A DNA stretch of 64,000 nucleotides from Vicinamibacterales bacterium (GCA_050246635.1 JBFWVR010000005.1:43095-107094); one strand, 5' to 3'; shown: positions 38,668-49,530, counted from the first letter of the stretch. Notes: generated by a model not told the origin, from the letters alone. Program-made: numbers and translations.

Positions 38668-41505
38668 CTACCAGATGAGGCGCACGCCGAGTTCCCCCTG
38701 CGTGCCCGGCCGCGCGCTGAAGATGCGCCCGAAGTTGCTCGACAGGGCGTTGCCGACCCGGCCGATCAGGTTGTCGGTGTTGAACAGGTTGAACGCCTGC
38801 GCCATCACCTGCAGCGTGACGTCGCCAGGCAGCCGGAAGTCCTTGCTGGCGCGGATGTCCACCATGTTGATGCGGGAGCTGTCGATCTGCGAGGCGTCCA
38901 CCGCCGGCAGGCCCTGGCTGGCCCGGTAGGCGTTGACCGTGCCGAGGTCGAGCGTGCGGCTGCCCGCGTTGCGCGTCGTGCCGGGGACCAGGTCCGTGTT
39001 GAACCCGTCGCCGTTCAGGTCACGCCCGGCCGTCGCCGACCACGGCAACTCCGAGCGCAGCGACCAGATCACCCCGAGGGTCACGTCGGCCGGCAGCAGG
39101 ACCGACCCGCTGGCCACCAGCGCGTGCCGCCGCTCGCCAGCCGAGGGGCCCCAGTCGAGGCCGAGGTCGAAGGGGTCGAGGTAGCGGCCCAGCAGGTTGT
39201 TGTCGTCGCTCCGCGTGTAGGTGTAGCTGACGAGCGCCTGCGTGCGCCGGCTGTACCGCTTCTCGAGCTTCAGGTAGACCGCCTTGTAGTCGAGGGAACC
39301 GGTCGACTGGTTGCGATCCACCCGGCCGAAGACGGGGTCTGGCCGCTCACGCGTGACCGGATCGCGCGGGTTGATGTCGAGGATCTTCCGGTCGTGGTTG
39401 GTGTCCGTGTACACGGCGTCCACGTGCAGGGCCAGGTCGCCGTAGAGATGGTGCGACACGCCGACGCTGTACTGGTTCGAGTAGGGCTGCACGTAGTCGT
39501 TGGCCACCACCGTGATGTTCGCCGGCGCCGAGACGATGAACTCCGCCGGGTCGCGGCCGCCGTACGGGTCGGGATACGACGGGTTCGTGATGTTCACGCT
39601 GAAGCGCTGGTAGTTCCGGAACTCGTTCAGGTTCCCGAGGATGCGCACGTGGCCGTAGTAGAGGCCATACCCGCTCCGGAACACCGTCTCCCCGTTGCCG
39701 AACACGTCCCACGCGAGGCCGACGCGTGGTCCCCAGTTGTTCGTGTCCCCTCGCTGCGACACGTCGATGTACGGGATCTCGATGGGGAACACGGATGGGT
39801 CGAGGTCCTCGTTGGCGGCGCCGTAGAGCCGCTCGTAGCGCAGCCCCAGGTTCAGCGTCATGTTGTCGTGCACCTTCCACGAGTCCTGCACGAACCCCAC
39901 CGAGTACTGGGTCGGGTGCTTCGTGTTGATCGGCGGCAGGCTCGCGGTGAACGTCGTCGCGCCCGTCAGCGCGGCGATGGACGCCGGGTCGTTCGGGTCG
40001 AAGTACTGATCCGACGCGAAGGTGTAGGAGCCCAGGATGTTGCCGGTGTTCTCCTCCTGGTAGGGCATGTAGCTGTAGTCGAAGCCGAACTTGATGTCGT
40101 GGCTCCCGGCCGTGATGCTGTAGGTGTCCTTGATCTGGTACCGCCCTTCGGGACCGAGCTCGTCGAAGCTGCTGCCGTAGGACATCGACGGGAAGTTCAG
40201 CCCCTGGCTCAGGCGGTTCATGCGCTCCGGCGGGAAGCTGCCCGTCTGGGTGAAGATCGTCGTGCCGGCTGGCGCGATGTAGTACGCCGCCGTGGCGACC
40301 TGGATCCGGAAGTCGTTGAGCTGGCGGGCGCCACGCACCCACGTGTGGCCGACGACGAGCGAGGTGCGTGGCACCTCGATGTCGTAACCGGCGGTGCTCG
40401 CCGTCGTGCCGCCGCAGCCGTTGCACTCGCTGCGTTCCTGTTCCTGCGCCCAGCGCGCGAACATCGACTGCGTGTTGCTCACCTGGTAGTCCACCCGCCC
40501 GAGGTACAGGTTCCGGGTGAAGGGCTTCTTGAACGTGCCTTCGACCGAGGAATAGAACTGCGGCAGGCCGGTGTTCACCGTGTAGAACTCGTTCACCTGC
40601 GTGCGCTCGACGGCCCCGAAGAAGTGCATCCGGTCCCGGATGATCGGGCCGCCCGCGCTCACGCCGAACTGGTGGCGGCGGAACTCGGGTTTCTCGGTCT
40701 CGAAGAGCCCCTTCGCGTTCAGCGACTTGTCGCGGAAGTACTCGAACCCGCTGCCCGTGAACGCGTTGGTCCCCGACTTGGTCACGACCTGCACGATGCC
40801 GCCGGTGGCGAGGCCGAACTCGGCGGGGAACTGTTGGTTGCTGACCTTGAACTCCTCGACCGCATCCTGCGGCAGGTTCTGGCGGGGCTCGCCGTCCTCC
40901 GCCATGTTGTTGATCATGCCGTCGACGACATTGCCGGTGCTGTTGAAGCTCATCGACCCGCCGACGTTCACGGTGGGGAAGAACGACCGGGTGGCATCCA
41001 CGCTCGTGCCCGGCATGAGGAGCGCGAGTGACAGGTACTGCCGCGAGTTGATCGGCAACGCCTCGATCTGCTCCTGGGTGACGACGCCGGAGACCTCCGC
41101 CTTGGTCGTGTCGACGACCGGCGCCTCACCGCTGACGACAATCGACTCCGTGAGGGCGCCGACCGCGAGCGTGAAGTCCTGCCGAAGGGCCAGGCCAATC
41201 GTCATCTCGATGTCGCGGACTTCCTGGGGCGTGAATCCCCCGAGCTCCGCGCGCAGGGTGTAGCGACCCGGACCGAGGGCCGGAAAGCGGTACCGGCCAT
41301 CGGCCTCCGTCACCGAGAGCCGCTGCACGCCGCTCGCCTGATTCCTCAAGGTGACCGTGACGCCGGGCAGGACACCGCCCTGTTCGTCCTGCACCACGCC
41401 CTCGATCTGGCCGGTGCCCCCCTGGGCCCGCGCGGGGACCGGGCCGATCACGGACGCGGCCAGGACCAGCACACCGGTCACGAACCAAGCTCGCCAACCT
41501 CGCAT
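38668..41505 (-). CDS. TonB-dependent receptor with N-terminal carboxypeptidase-regulatory domain (Oar-like)
   Basis: Signal peptide; GVVQDEQGGVLPGVTV, AVEEFKV...AEFG...GGIVQVVTKSGTN, LNLGLRYE, GPRVGLAWD, AFNLFN, C-terminal GVRLIW; GGAGG RBS. Confidence 0.93.
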   Translation of the reverse strand: MRGWRAWFVTGVLVLAASVIGPVPARAQGGTGQIEGVVQDEQGGVLPGVTVTLRNQASGVQRLSVTEADGRYRFPALGPGRYTLRAELGGFTPQEVRDIEMTIGLALRQDFTLAVGALTESIVVSGEAPVVDTTKAEVSGVVTQEQIEALPINSRQYLSLALLMPGTSVDATRSFFPTVNVGGSMSFNSTGNVVDGMINNMAEDGEPRQNLPQDAVEEFKVSNQQFPAEFGLATGGIVQVVTKSGTNAFTGSGFEYFRDKSLNAKGLFETEKPEFRRHQFGVSAGGPIIRDRMHFFGAVERTQVNEFYTVNTGLPQFYSSVEGTFKKPFTRNLYLGRVDYQVSNTQSMFARWAQEQERSECNGCGGTTASTAGYDIEVPRTSLVVGHTWVRGARQLNDFRIQVATAAYYIAPAGTTIFTQTGSFPPERMNRLSQGLNFPSMSYGSSFDELGPEGRYQIKDTYSITAGSHDIKFGFDYSYMPYQEENTGNILGSYTFASDQYFDPNDPASIAALTGATTFTASLPPINTKHPTQYSVGFVQDSWKVHDNMTLNLGLRYERLYGAANEDLDPSVFPIEIPYIDVSQRGDTNNWGPRVGLAWDVFGNGETVFRSGYGLYYGHVRILGNLNEFRNYQRFSVNITNPSYPDPYGGRDPAEFIVSAPANITVVANDYVQPYSNQYSVGVSHHLYGDLALHVDAVYTDTNHDRKILDINPRDPVTRERPDPVFGRVDRNQSTGSLDYKAVYLKLEKRYSRRTQALVSYTYTRSDDNNLLGRYLDPFDLGLDWGPSAGERRHALVASGSVLLPADVTLGVIWSLRSELPWSATAGRDLNGDGFNTDLVPGTTRNAGSRTLDLGTVNAYRASQGLPAVDASQIDSSRINMVDIRASKDFRLPGDVTLQVMAQAFNLFNTDNLIGRVGNALSSNFGRIFSARPGTQGELGVRLIW

Positions 41506-41570
41506 CTGCGACCTCCAGTCTGATGACTCGTTCATCCCGCCGACCACGGCTGCCGACCAGAACCGGGCCC

Positions 41571-43676
41571 TCATGGCCGCGCTCCCGTGGCTGCGCCGAA
41601 GTGCTTGTCGTACCAGGCCAGGCTCCGGTCGATGATGTCGACGAGATGGCCGGTCTGCCGGATGCCGTGCCCTTCGAACTGGTAGCGGAGCATCACCGTC
41701 TCGACCCCCACGTCCTTGAGCGCAATGTAGTACTGCTCCGCCTCCGCGATGGGCACGTCGTTGTCGTTCTCCCCGTGGACGAAGAGCACCGGGGTCTTCA
41801 CGTTCGCGACGTACCGCAGCGCCGAGCGTTGCCACAGGAAGTCCATCAGGTTCATCGCGTCGCCGGCCGCGGCGGGCTTCTTGCCTTCCGGCCACGTCTC
41901 GTGGGGCAGCATGCCGAACTCGACCGCGAGGTAGTCGTGGTAGTACGACATGTAGTTGAAGCTCACGAGGTTGGCGATGCCGGCGGCCGGGATCGCCGCC
42001 TTGAACCGGTCGGTCTGCGTGATGAGCCAGTCGGTCAGCTGGCCGCCGTAGCTGCCGCCCTCCACGCCCAGGCGGTTGGCGTCGATCCAGGGATAGCGCG
42101 CCAGGGCCGCGTCGATGCCGGCGAGCACGTCCTGGGCCTCCGCCCCGTTCTGGTCGCCGAAGATGGCGTCCGCCAGCGCCTGTCCATACCCGGTCGAGCC
42201 CCGGTAGTTGACCATCAGCACCGCGAAGCCATGCGCGGCGTAGACCTGCGCCTTCGCATTGAACGTCGGTCCCTGCTGCCCGTGCGGCCCGCCCTTGATC
42301 ATCGCGACCAGCGGATACGTGCGGGCGGGGTCGAGGCGAAGGGGGAGGGTGAGGAACGCCTCAATCTCCAGCCCGTTGACACTGGAGAACCGCAGTGACT
42401 CGACGGGGGCTATGGCCCGCGTCTTCAGGAACGCCGTGTTGACGTCGGTGAGCATGCGCGCCGCGCCGGTGGCCCCGCGCAGGTACAGCTCCGCCGGCGC
42501 CTCCGGGGTCTCGAGCGTGTACGCCAGCACGCCGTCCGGACCGGCCGACCACGAGCCGATGCGGCCGCGCTGGTCCGCAGCCGGCTCGACGACGACCGGG
42601 GCGGCGCCTTCCGGATCGAAGCGGTACAGGCGGACGCTGCCTCGCTCCTGCACCGTCGCCAGCACGCTGCGGCCGTCACGGGTCCATCCCGGCGCGCCCT
42701 GCCGGTTGTCCAGGCGGCCCATCTCGCGGCGCCCGGAGCCGTCCGCGCCAATCAGCCACACATGCGTGTCCTCCATCGTCGTCTCGGACGAGGTCAGGTC
42801 GCGCGTGGTGCCGAGGTAGGCCAGCGTGCTGCCGTCGGGCGAGAAGGTGGGACGGTACTCCGCACTCTTCGTGTTGGTGAGCCGCCGGATCGACCCGTCC
42901 GCGACCGCCACCGTGAACAGGTCGTAGTTGAAGAAACGATCGGGGTCCGGCTCACGGTTCGAGACGAAGGCGATCACGTCGCCGCGGGGCGACCAGTCGA
43001 TCGAGTGCTCGTAGAAGTCGCCCGTCGTGAGTTGCCGGACGGCCCGCGTCCCGACGTCGACGATGAAGATGTGCAGGCGGCGGTTGTCGTTGAACCGCGT
43101 CGCGCCCTCGGACGCCGTGGGCTTGTAGAGGTAGCGCGTGATCACCATGGGATCGCCGTTCGCGTCCTCGGTCTCGGGGCCGGGCGTGGCGGCGATGAAC
43201 GCAATCTGCCGGCTGTCAGGCGACCACGTGAGCCGCTCGCCCGACGATGGCAACGGGTGATTCGTGCCCTGCACCTCGGCAAGGAACGTGAGCCCGGTCC
43301 CGTCGGGCCGCGCGACCATCAGGCCCGACTGGCCGTCGTGACGTCCGAAGAACGCGAGCCACGCCCCGTCGGGCGACCACCGCGGCCCCGATGCGCCATC
43401 GGCATCCGAGCCGAGCCGACGGGACTGGCCCGTCGCGACGTCCATGATCCGGACCTCGGTCGAGGGAAAGCCGGGGCCGTCGGCGTGTTGCACCGAGTAC
43501 GCGATGTGGCGGCCGTCCGGCGACACCTCGACGCCGGTCACCGCCTTGAGCTGGTGGAGGTCCGTGCTCGACAGTCCGGGCGCCTGGCCCGAGACCGGCG
43601 CGATGCCCGCACCGAGGACGCCGAGGATGAAGAGGGAGGTGCGACACCATCTGGCGAGGGAGAACCGACTAGACAT
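41571..43676 (-). CDS. S9 family (prolyl oligopeptidase/acylaminoacyl peptidase) with PD40 beta-propeller
   Basis: WSPDG repeats, GGPHG, NYRGSTGYG, GGSYGG, HGENDNDVP, EGHG catalytic triad. Confidence 0.93.
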   Translation of the reverse strand: MSSRFSLARWCRTSLFILGVLGAGIAPVSGQAPGLSSTDLHQLKAVTGVEVSPDGRHIAYSVQHADGPGFPSTEVRIMDVATGQSRRLGSDADGASGPRWSPDGAWLAFFGRHDGQSGLMVARPDGTGLTFLAEVQGTNHPLPSSGERLTWSPDSRQIAFIAATPGPETEDANGDPMVITRYLYKPTASEGATRFNDNRRLHIFIVDVGTRAVRQLTTGDFYEHSIDWSPRGDVIAFVSNREPDPDRFFNYDLFTVAVADGSIRRLTNTKSAEYRPTFSPDGSTLAYLGTTRDLTSSETTMEDTHVWLIGADGSGRREMGRLDNRQGAPGWTRDGRSVLATVQERGSVRLYRFDPEGAAPVVVEPAADQRGRIGSWSAGPDGVLAYTLETPEAPAELYLRGATGAARMLTDVNTAFLKTRAIAPVESLRFSSVNGLEIEAFLTLPLRLDPARTYPLVAMIKGGPHGQQGPTFNAKAQVYAAHGFAVLMVNYRGSTGYGQALADAIFGDQNGAEAQDVLAGIDAALARYPWIDANRLGVEGGSYGGQLTDWLITQTDRFKAAIPAAGIANLVSFNYMSYYHDYLAVEFGMLPHETWPEGKKPAAAGDAMNLMDFLWQRSALRYVANVKTPVLFVHGENDNDVPIAEAEQYYIALKDVGVETVMLRYQFEGHGIRQTGHLVDIIDRSLAWYDKHFGAATGARP

Positions 43677-44056
43677 CAGCTACCTGCCTTCCGCAGAGGT
43701 CGGAGTTGTCTGCCTCAACACGACACGCGAAGTGGAGCGCGTGCGGCGGCCTCCTGGTCTCGAGAGGGTGACCAGGTGCCGGGGGGACCCGGGAGAGGAG
43801 AAAAGGACAAACGATCCGCCCTGATCCTGCCAAGGGACCTGAGGGAGGACTCGCGAAGGAAAGCAACGGCCGTGTGATGACGGCTGGTCGCGGATGCTAC
43901 GGGCGCCTCCGGCGGGAGTCAAGACGGTAGCGTGCAAGTGGCATGTTCTGCGTGCAACGACCGCGGCAGTGGCCCGCAGGGCGACGTCATGCCTCCAACG
44001 GACGAGCTGCGGCAGGCAACAAACGACGGCTCAGTGAGTTAACGTCCCCTCCCGCC

Positions 44057-44086
44057 TTGACTTGCCCCGGCGGGCTTCCCCATAAT
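44057..44086 (+). promoter_or_regulatory. Putative sigma-70 promoter
   Basis: TTGACT-18 bp-CATAAT, about 200 bp upstream of the 44294 start. Confidence 0.45.
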
Positions 44087-44293
44087 GCACAGCAGGACGT
44101 CGCCAGCGCACGATCGGGCCCGTGCCCGCTGGCACGATGTGTTCCCAGCCGCATCCCCGTCCTGCCCGGTGGCCACGTTCGACCTCGACGCCGAGCTTCT
44201 CCTTAGACCGCCCCGTGTACCGGAGCGGCCCGTGGACGCCCGGCGCCGCCAGCCGCCGGAACCCCAAGACCATCCGCCCGCACTGGGACCGCG

Positions 44294-45673
44294 ATGCCGC
44301 TGGACGATGAACTTCGCCATTCCATCGACGCTGCCGTCGAGGCGCTGCGCGCGCGCCTTGACGACGGGCTGACGACCGCTGCCGCCGACCTGCGCGCGGC
44401 CCTCGACGCCGTCGACGCGCGCCGCGCCGAGGAACGCGCACAGGCCACCGAGGCCGCCCGCGCCGCCGCGTTCGCCGAGGCCCAGGCGGAGACCGAACGG
44501 CTCGTCGCCGAAGCCGAGGCGCGTGGCCGGGCCACCCTCGACGAAGCCGTCGCCGCCGCACGCGCGGACGAGCGCGAGACCGCCTCGCCCGAGATCCGCC
44601 GCATCGTCGAAGCCGAGATGCGGCAGAAGGTCGAGCACGAACTCGCCGCGGCCGAGCAGCGCATGGCGGCCGCCCTCGCCGACGCGGAGGCCCGCGCCGC
44701 CTCGACGACCCGCGAGTCGGTGAAGGCGGCCAAGGTGGAGGAGCGCGAGTCGGAAATGGCTGGTGTCTCCCGCCTCGTCGAGAGCATCCGCGGCCTCGAC
44801 GGCGCGACCTCGCTCAGCGAGGTCCTCGACGCCCTCGCCCAGGCCGCGAGCCGTGAGGCCGCGCGCGTGGCGGTCGTGTTGCTGCGCGGCGATCGCGTCA
44901 CCGGCTGGCGCCTGTCGGGCTTCGGCCCGCGCGATCAGCAACCGAAGAGCGTGGACCTCGCGCTGAACCAGGCTGGTGTCATCGGCCTCGCCGTCGGCGC
45001 CGCGCGTCCGGTGACGACGCGTGACAGCCAGACCGCGGCGAAGGGCCCGGTGTTCGAGCACCTGCCCACCGACCGCATGGGCATGGCCGTCCCCGTCATC
45101 GTCGGAGGGCGCGTCGTCGCGGTGCTGTACGGGGATTCGGTGACCCACGATCCTGCGGCCCACACCGCCCCGAGCGCCTGGCCTGAGGTGCTCGAGATTC
45201 TCGCGCGCCACGCCGCCCGGTGCCTGGAAGCCCTCACGGCCCAGAAGACGCTGTCGACGCCGACCTCGCGCTTCTGGGGTGGTCCCGGCCGGACGGGCGG
45301 CACGGACGCGCCGGCGCACGACGGCAGGCCGCCGTCCCCGCCCCTGCAGATGCAGGCCACGTCCGGCCCTGCCGTCCCGGTTCCGCCATCCGCTGAGACC
45401 AGCACCCAGCCCAGCAACGTTGCGGAGGAATCGGCACGGCGCTTCGCACGGTTGCTGTTGTCCGAGATCCGGCTGTATCACGAGCCCGCGGTGGCCGAAG
45501 GCCGCGAGCGGCGCAACCTGCTGGCGCGCCTGGCGCCCGAGCTCGAACGCGCGAGGCGGATGTACGACGCCCGCGTGCCCGTGTCGTTGCGCACGCGCGC
45601 CGAGCTGTTCCAGCAGGAGATCGTCGCCACGCTCGCGGGCGGGGATCAGTCGCTCCTGGGAGCGCCGGCATGA
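44294..45673 (+). CDS. Coiled-coil + GAF-like + C-terminal helical domain protein of unknown function
   Basis: Ala/Glu-rich N-terminus; AVPVIVGGRVVAVLYGD GAF-like strand pair; ARRFARLLLSEIRLYHE C-terminal motif; ATGA overlap with the next gene. Confidence 0.75.
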   Translation: MPLDDELRHSIDAAVEALRARLDDGLTTAAADLRAALDAVDARRAEERAQATEAARAAAFAEAQAETERLVAEAEARGRATLDEAVAAARADERETASPEIRRIVEAEMRQKVEHELAAAEQRMAAALADAEARAASTTRESVKAAKVEERESEMAGVSRLVESIRGLDGATSLSEVLDALAQAASREAARVAVVLLRGDRVTGWRLSGFGPRDQQPKSVDLALNQAGVIGLAVGAARPVTTRDSQTAAKGPVFEHLPTDRMGMAVPVIVGGRVVAVLYGDSVTHDPAAHTAPSAWPEVLEILARHAARCLEALTAQKTLSTPTSRFWGGPGRTGGTDAPAHDGRPPSPPLQMQATSGPAVPVPPSAETSTQPSNVAEESARRFARLLLSEIRLYHEPAVAEGRERRNLLARLAPELERARRMYDARVPVSLRTRAELFQQEIVATLAGGDQSLLGAPA

Positions 45674-47817
45674 GCGCCGGGACGCGCCGGAACGGCGCTG
45701 GGCTCGCCCTCGTGCTGGCCGTCGGGGCCCTGGGCGTCTGGGCCACGGGCTTCGAGGCATCGCCCGCGCAGCAGACCGCGCTGGAGTCGCCCGACATCCA
45801 GCCGACCGACCATCCGCCGCTGCCCGCGAAGCTCTCCGCCATGTGGCTCGCGCCGGCCGCCTCACAACGGGGCGCGGCCGCGCCTGTCATCGATCGCTTC
45901 GTCGAGGGCGTGCGCCTGCTCGAGGAAGAGAAGGACCCGGCGCGGGCCTTGCCCCTCGTGAGCGACGGCCGCCTCGCGAGCACGCCCCTGGCGGCGTACG
46001 CCCAGTTCTACACGGCCCGTACGCTGATGGCGCTCGAGCGCTACGACCAGGCCGAGGCCGCGTTCGCGGCCGTGGCGGCCAGCGGCGTCGAGGGGCACCT
46101 GCCCGAGGACGCGCTGTTCGGCCAGGCCGAGGCTCGCGAGAAGCGCACCGACGCGGCAGGCGCACTGACGATCTACGAGCAGTTGCTCAAGCGGCGGCTG
46201 GCCGCCCCGCATGTCGCGTGGCTCCGCTACGCCGAGGCGGCCGAGGCCGCCGACCAGCCCGTGAAGGCGCTCGACGCATACCGGCGGGTCTACTACGACT
46301 ACCCGCTCACTTCCGAGAGCGACGATGCCGGTCGCGCGCTGCAGCGGCTGCGGGCCATCACGCCGTCGACCACGGAGCTGGCAACGCGGGAGCGCCGCCG
46401 CGCCGACCAGTTGTACAACGCGCGCCAGTGGCGCGACGCGCGCGACTCCTACGACCGCCTCGCCGGGGTCTCGAGCGGTGACGAGCTCCGCTATGCGGCC
46501 ATCCGCCGCGCCGGCTGTGACGTCCGCCTCGGGCGCGCCACCCAGGCCAGGCGCGCGCTCGCGGCCTACCTGGACGATGGGCCGTACTCGGCCGAGGCGC
46601 GCCTCCACGACGTGCTGGCGACCCGCGCGGGCCGCGCGGCCGACTACGTCGCGGCCGCGCTGAAGTACGCGCGCGACTACGCCGGCACGGAGCTGGCCGC
46701 GTACGCGCTCGACGAGCTGGGCACCCACCACATCATCGTGGACGAGGACGAGGAGGCCGCCGCGGTCTTCGAGCGCATCGTGCGCGAGTACCCCTCCGGC
46801 GAATTCGCGGAGCGGGCGGCCTGGAAAGCAGGCTGGTGGGCCTACCGTCACGACCGCTACGCCGACACGATCCGGTTCTTCGAGCAGGGCACGGCGACCT
46901 TCCCGCGCTCCGACTACCGGCCCGCCTGGCTCTACTGGACCGCGAAGAGCTACGAGCAGCTGGGGGACCGCAAGACGGCGATCGAGCGCTACCAGCTCGC
47001 GCGGACCGACTACGGCGGGCTCTACTACGGCCGCCTCGCGGCCGATCGGCTCAAGGCGCTGAAGGCGCCCGCCGCGACGGTGGCGCTGGCCCGCGCCGAG
47101 CCCACGGTCGGGCCGCCGCCGACCACGGGCATCATCGCGACGCTCATTGGCGCCGGCCTCTACGACGAGGCGATTGCCGAACTCCGCTACGCCGAACGCG
47201 TCTGGGGTGGCTCGCCGCAGATCACCGCGACCATCGGGCTGGCCTACAACCGCGCGGGCCGCTTCCGTCTGGGCATCAACGCCATGAAGCGGGCCTACCC
47301 GCAGTACATGACGGCGGGCGGGGCGGAGCTGCCCGACGAGATCCTCCGCGTGCTGTTCCCGATGAACTACTGGGAGCTGATCCGCAAGATCTCCGCGCGG
47401 CGGGATCTCGACCCGTACCTGGTCGCGGCCCTCATCGCGCAGGAGTCCACGTTCCAGGCCGACATCCGTTCCTCGGCCAACGCGCTCGGCCTGATGCAGC
47501 TCCTGCCCACGACCGGGCGGCGGTACGGGCGGAAGATCGGGATCCGGCGGTACTCGACGGCCCGGCTGCTCGAGCCCGAGGTGAACATCCTGATCGGGAC
47601 CGCCTACTTCCACGACCTGATGGCGGAGTTCGGCGGGTCGCACTACGCGCTGGCCAGCTACAACGCCGGCGAGAACCGCGTGCGCGCCTGGCGCCGCGAG
47701 CGGCCCGGGTTGCCGCAGGACGAGTTCATCGACGACATCCCGTTCCCGGAGACGCAGAACTACGTCAAGCGGATCCTGGGGACGGCCATCGACTACCAGC
47801 GCCTGTACGGAAACTGA
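45670..47817 (+). CDS. TPR-containing soluble lytic transglycosylase (Slt family)
   Basis: ALIAQESTF, ALGLMQL, ALASYNAG, IPFPETQNYVKRI; N-terminal TPR-like helices. Confidence 0.92.
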   Translation: MSAGTRRNGAGLALVLAVGALGVWATGFEASPAQQTALESPDIQPTDHPPLPAKLSAMWLAPAASQRGAAAPVIDRFVEGVRLLEEEKDPARALPLVSDGRLASTPLAAYAQFYTARTLMALERYDQAEAAFAAVAASGVEGHLPEDALFGQAEAREKRTDAAGALTIYEQLLKRRLAAPHVAWLRYAEAAEAADQPVKALDAYRRVYYDYPLTSESDDAGRALQRLRAITPSTTELATRERRRADQLYNARQWRDARDSYDRLAGVSSGDELRYAAIRRAGCDVRLGRATQARRALAAYLDDGPYSAEARLHDVLATRAGRAADYVAAALKYARDYAGTELAAYALDELGTHHIIVDEDEEAAAVFERIVREYPSGEFAERAAWKAGWWAYRHDRYADTIRFFEQGTATFPRSDYRPAWLYWTAKSYEQLGDRKTAIERYQLARTDYGGLYYGRLAADRLKALKAPAATVALARAEPTVGPPPTTGIIATLIGAGLYDEAIAELRYAERVWGGSPQITATIGLAYNRAGRFRLGINAMKRAYPQYMTAGGAELPDEILRVLFPMNYWELIRKISARRDLDPYLVAALIAQESTFQADIRSSANALGLMQLLPTTGRRYGRKIGIRRYSTARLLEPEVNILIGTAYFHDLMAEFGGSHYALASYNAGENRVRAWRRERPGLPQDEFIDDIPFPETQNYVKRILGTAIDYQRLYGN

Positions 47818-47999
47818 GACGCTGTAGAGCAAGCCACGAAGCGCACGAAGAACACGAAGGCCGGAGCCGGCGGGGGCTTTGCCCCTCCTCGGGACACGGG
47901 GCAGACCGCTCGTCTCACGGGAACGGGACGAGAGGGGGCCTCACCCGCTCTGTGCTCCCGTTGACGGGGCTCGGCCGGCGCTAAGGTATCCTCTTCCGC

Positions 48000-49175
48000 A
48001 TGTCGTCGAAGATTCGGCCGTCCCTCAAGCTGGCCTCGTTCGCGGATTCCGTCTTTCCCGTCATCAACCGGCTTGCCGCCGAGCATCAGGCGGTGAACCT
48101 GTCGCAGGGCTTCCCTGACTTTCCGGCGCCGGACGCCCTCAAGGACGCCGTGTGCCGGGCCGTCCAGGCCGACATCAACCAGTACCCGGTGACCTGCGGC
48201 ACACCGCCGTTCCGCGCCGCGATCGCGCGGGAGTTCACGCGCCGCTACGGCGTGCCGGTGCACGACGACCAGATCACCGTCGGGTGCGGCTCGACCGAGG
48301 CCATGATGGCGACGCTGCTCGCCACCGTGAATCCGGGCGACGAGGTGATCGTCTTCGAGCCGTTCTACGAGAACTACGGGCCCGGCACGATCCTGGCGGG
48401 AGGCAGCCCCCGCTACGTGCGGCTGCGGCCGCCGGACTGGCGCTTCGATCCGGCGGAACTGGCCGCGGCCTTCAACGACCGCACGAAGGCCATCGTCATC
48501 AACACGCCGAACAACCCGACGGGCAAGGTGTACGACCGCGAGGAACTGCAGGTCATCGCGGACCTCTGCCAGCAGTGGGACGTGCTCGCCATCTCCGACG
48601 AAATCTACGAGCACATCGTCTACAGCGGGCACCAGCACGTGCCGATTGCGTCACTGCCCGGCATGGCGGAGCGGACCGTCACGGTCAACGGCTTGTCGAA
48701 GGCCTACAGCGTGACGGGCTGGCGGATCGGCTGGGCGATTGCGCCGCTGGTCCTGTCGCCGGGCATCCGCAAGATGCACGAGTTCCTGACGGTCGCCGCC
48801 CCGGCGCCGATGCAGGAGGCCGGGGTTGTCGCGCTCGGCCTGCCGGACGACTACTACACCGCGCTTGCGGCCGACTACGAGCGCCGGCGGGACGTGATGC
48901 TGGCCATCCTCGAGAGGCACGGCTTCACCTGCTATGCGCCGTCGGGCGCCTACTACCTGATGGCGGACGTCGAGCGGTTCGGCTTCGAGGACGACTTCGC
49001 CTTCGCGCGGCACCTGGCGGCCGAGGTGGGCGTCGCCAGCATCCCCGGCAGCAGCTTCTTCAGCGACCCCGCCGCCGGACGCACGCTCGTGCGATTCTGC
49101 TTCTCCAAGCGCGACGAGACGCTTACGGCCGCCGACGAACGCCTCGCGAAGCTCGCGGCGCCGTCGGGGCGATAG
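48000..49175 (+). CDS. Class I/II PLP aminotransferase (YbdL-like)
   Basis: NLSQGFPDF, NTPNNPTGKV, SDEIYEHI, LSKAYSVTGWRIGW, VRFCFSK. Confidence 0.93.
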   Translation: MSSKIRPSLKLASFADSVFPVINRLAAEHQAVNLSQGFPDFPAPDALKDAVCRAVQADINQYPVTCGTPPFRAAIAREFTRRYGVPVHDDQITVGCGSTEAMMATLLATVNPGDEVIVFEPFYENYGPGTILAGGSPRYVRLRPPDWRFDPAELAAAFNDRTKAIVINTPNNPTGKVYDREELQVIADLCQQWDVLAISDEIYEHIVYSGHQHVPIASLPGMAERTVTVNGLSKAYSVTGWRIGWAIAPLVLSPGIRKMHEFLTVAAPAPMQEAGVVALGLPDDYYTALAADYERRRDVMLAILERHGFTCYAPSGAYYLMADVERFGFEDDFAFARHLAAEVGVASIPGSSFFSDPAAGRTLVRFCFSKRDETLTAADERLAKLAAPSGR

Positions 49176-49189
49176 CGACAGACGTACGG

Positions 49190-49510
49190 GCCACCGGGAC
49201 ACAAAGACACGGAGGCCGGGCGGTACGTGCTAAGGCTGCAGGCGGGCACGTAGCTGCACTAGCAATGCAGCCACGGAGGCACGGAGGCACGGAGGCACGG
49301 AGACCACCGTTGTGGCAGGACACGTGGCGGCGCAGCACCCGAAGGGTGCTGCGCGGGGAAGCACAATGGGCCAACACAAGACACCGTGTGGGATCTCGGC
49401 GTGTCTTGTGTTGGCCCGTTGTGCTTCCCCGCGAGGCGCCGCTCAGCGGCGCCTGCGCCGCCTCAGTCACGCATCCGCGTTCATCCGCGTTCATCCGCGG
49501 ATAACCCTCT
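49190..49510. repeat. Composite intergenic repeat tract (cacggagg x4; catccgcgtt x3; internal inverted repeats)
   Basis: ccacggaggcacggaggcacggaggcacggaga and gcatccgcgttcatccgcgttcatccgcggataac. Confidence 0.75.
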
Positions 49511-49530
49511 AAGCCTTTGTGGGTCGTTCG

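Noticed and set aside
43680-44050. Possible riboswitch or sRNA in the long divergent intergenic region
   Set aside because: Purine-rich stretches but no consensus I could match; unsupported without a covariance search.
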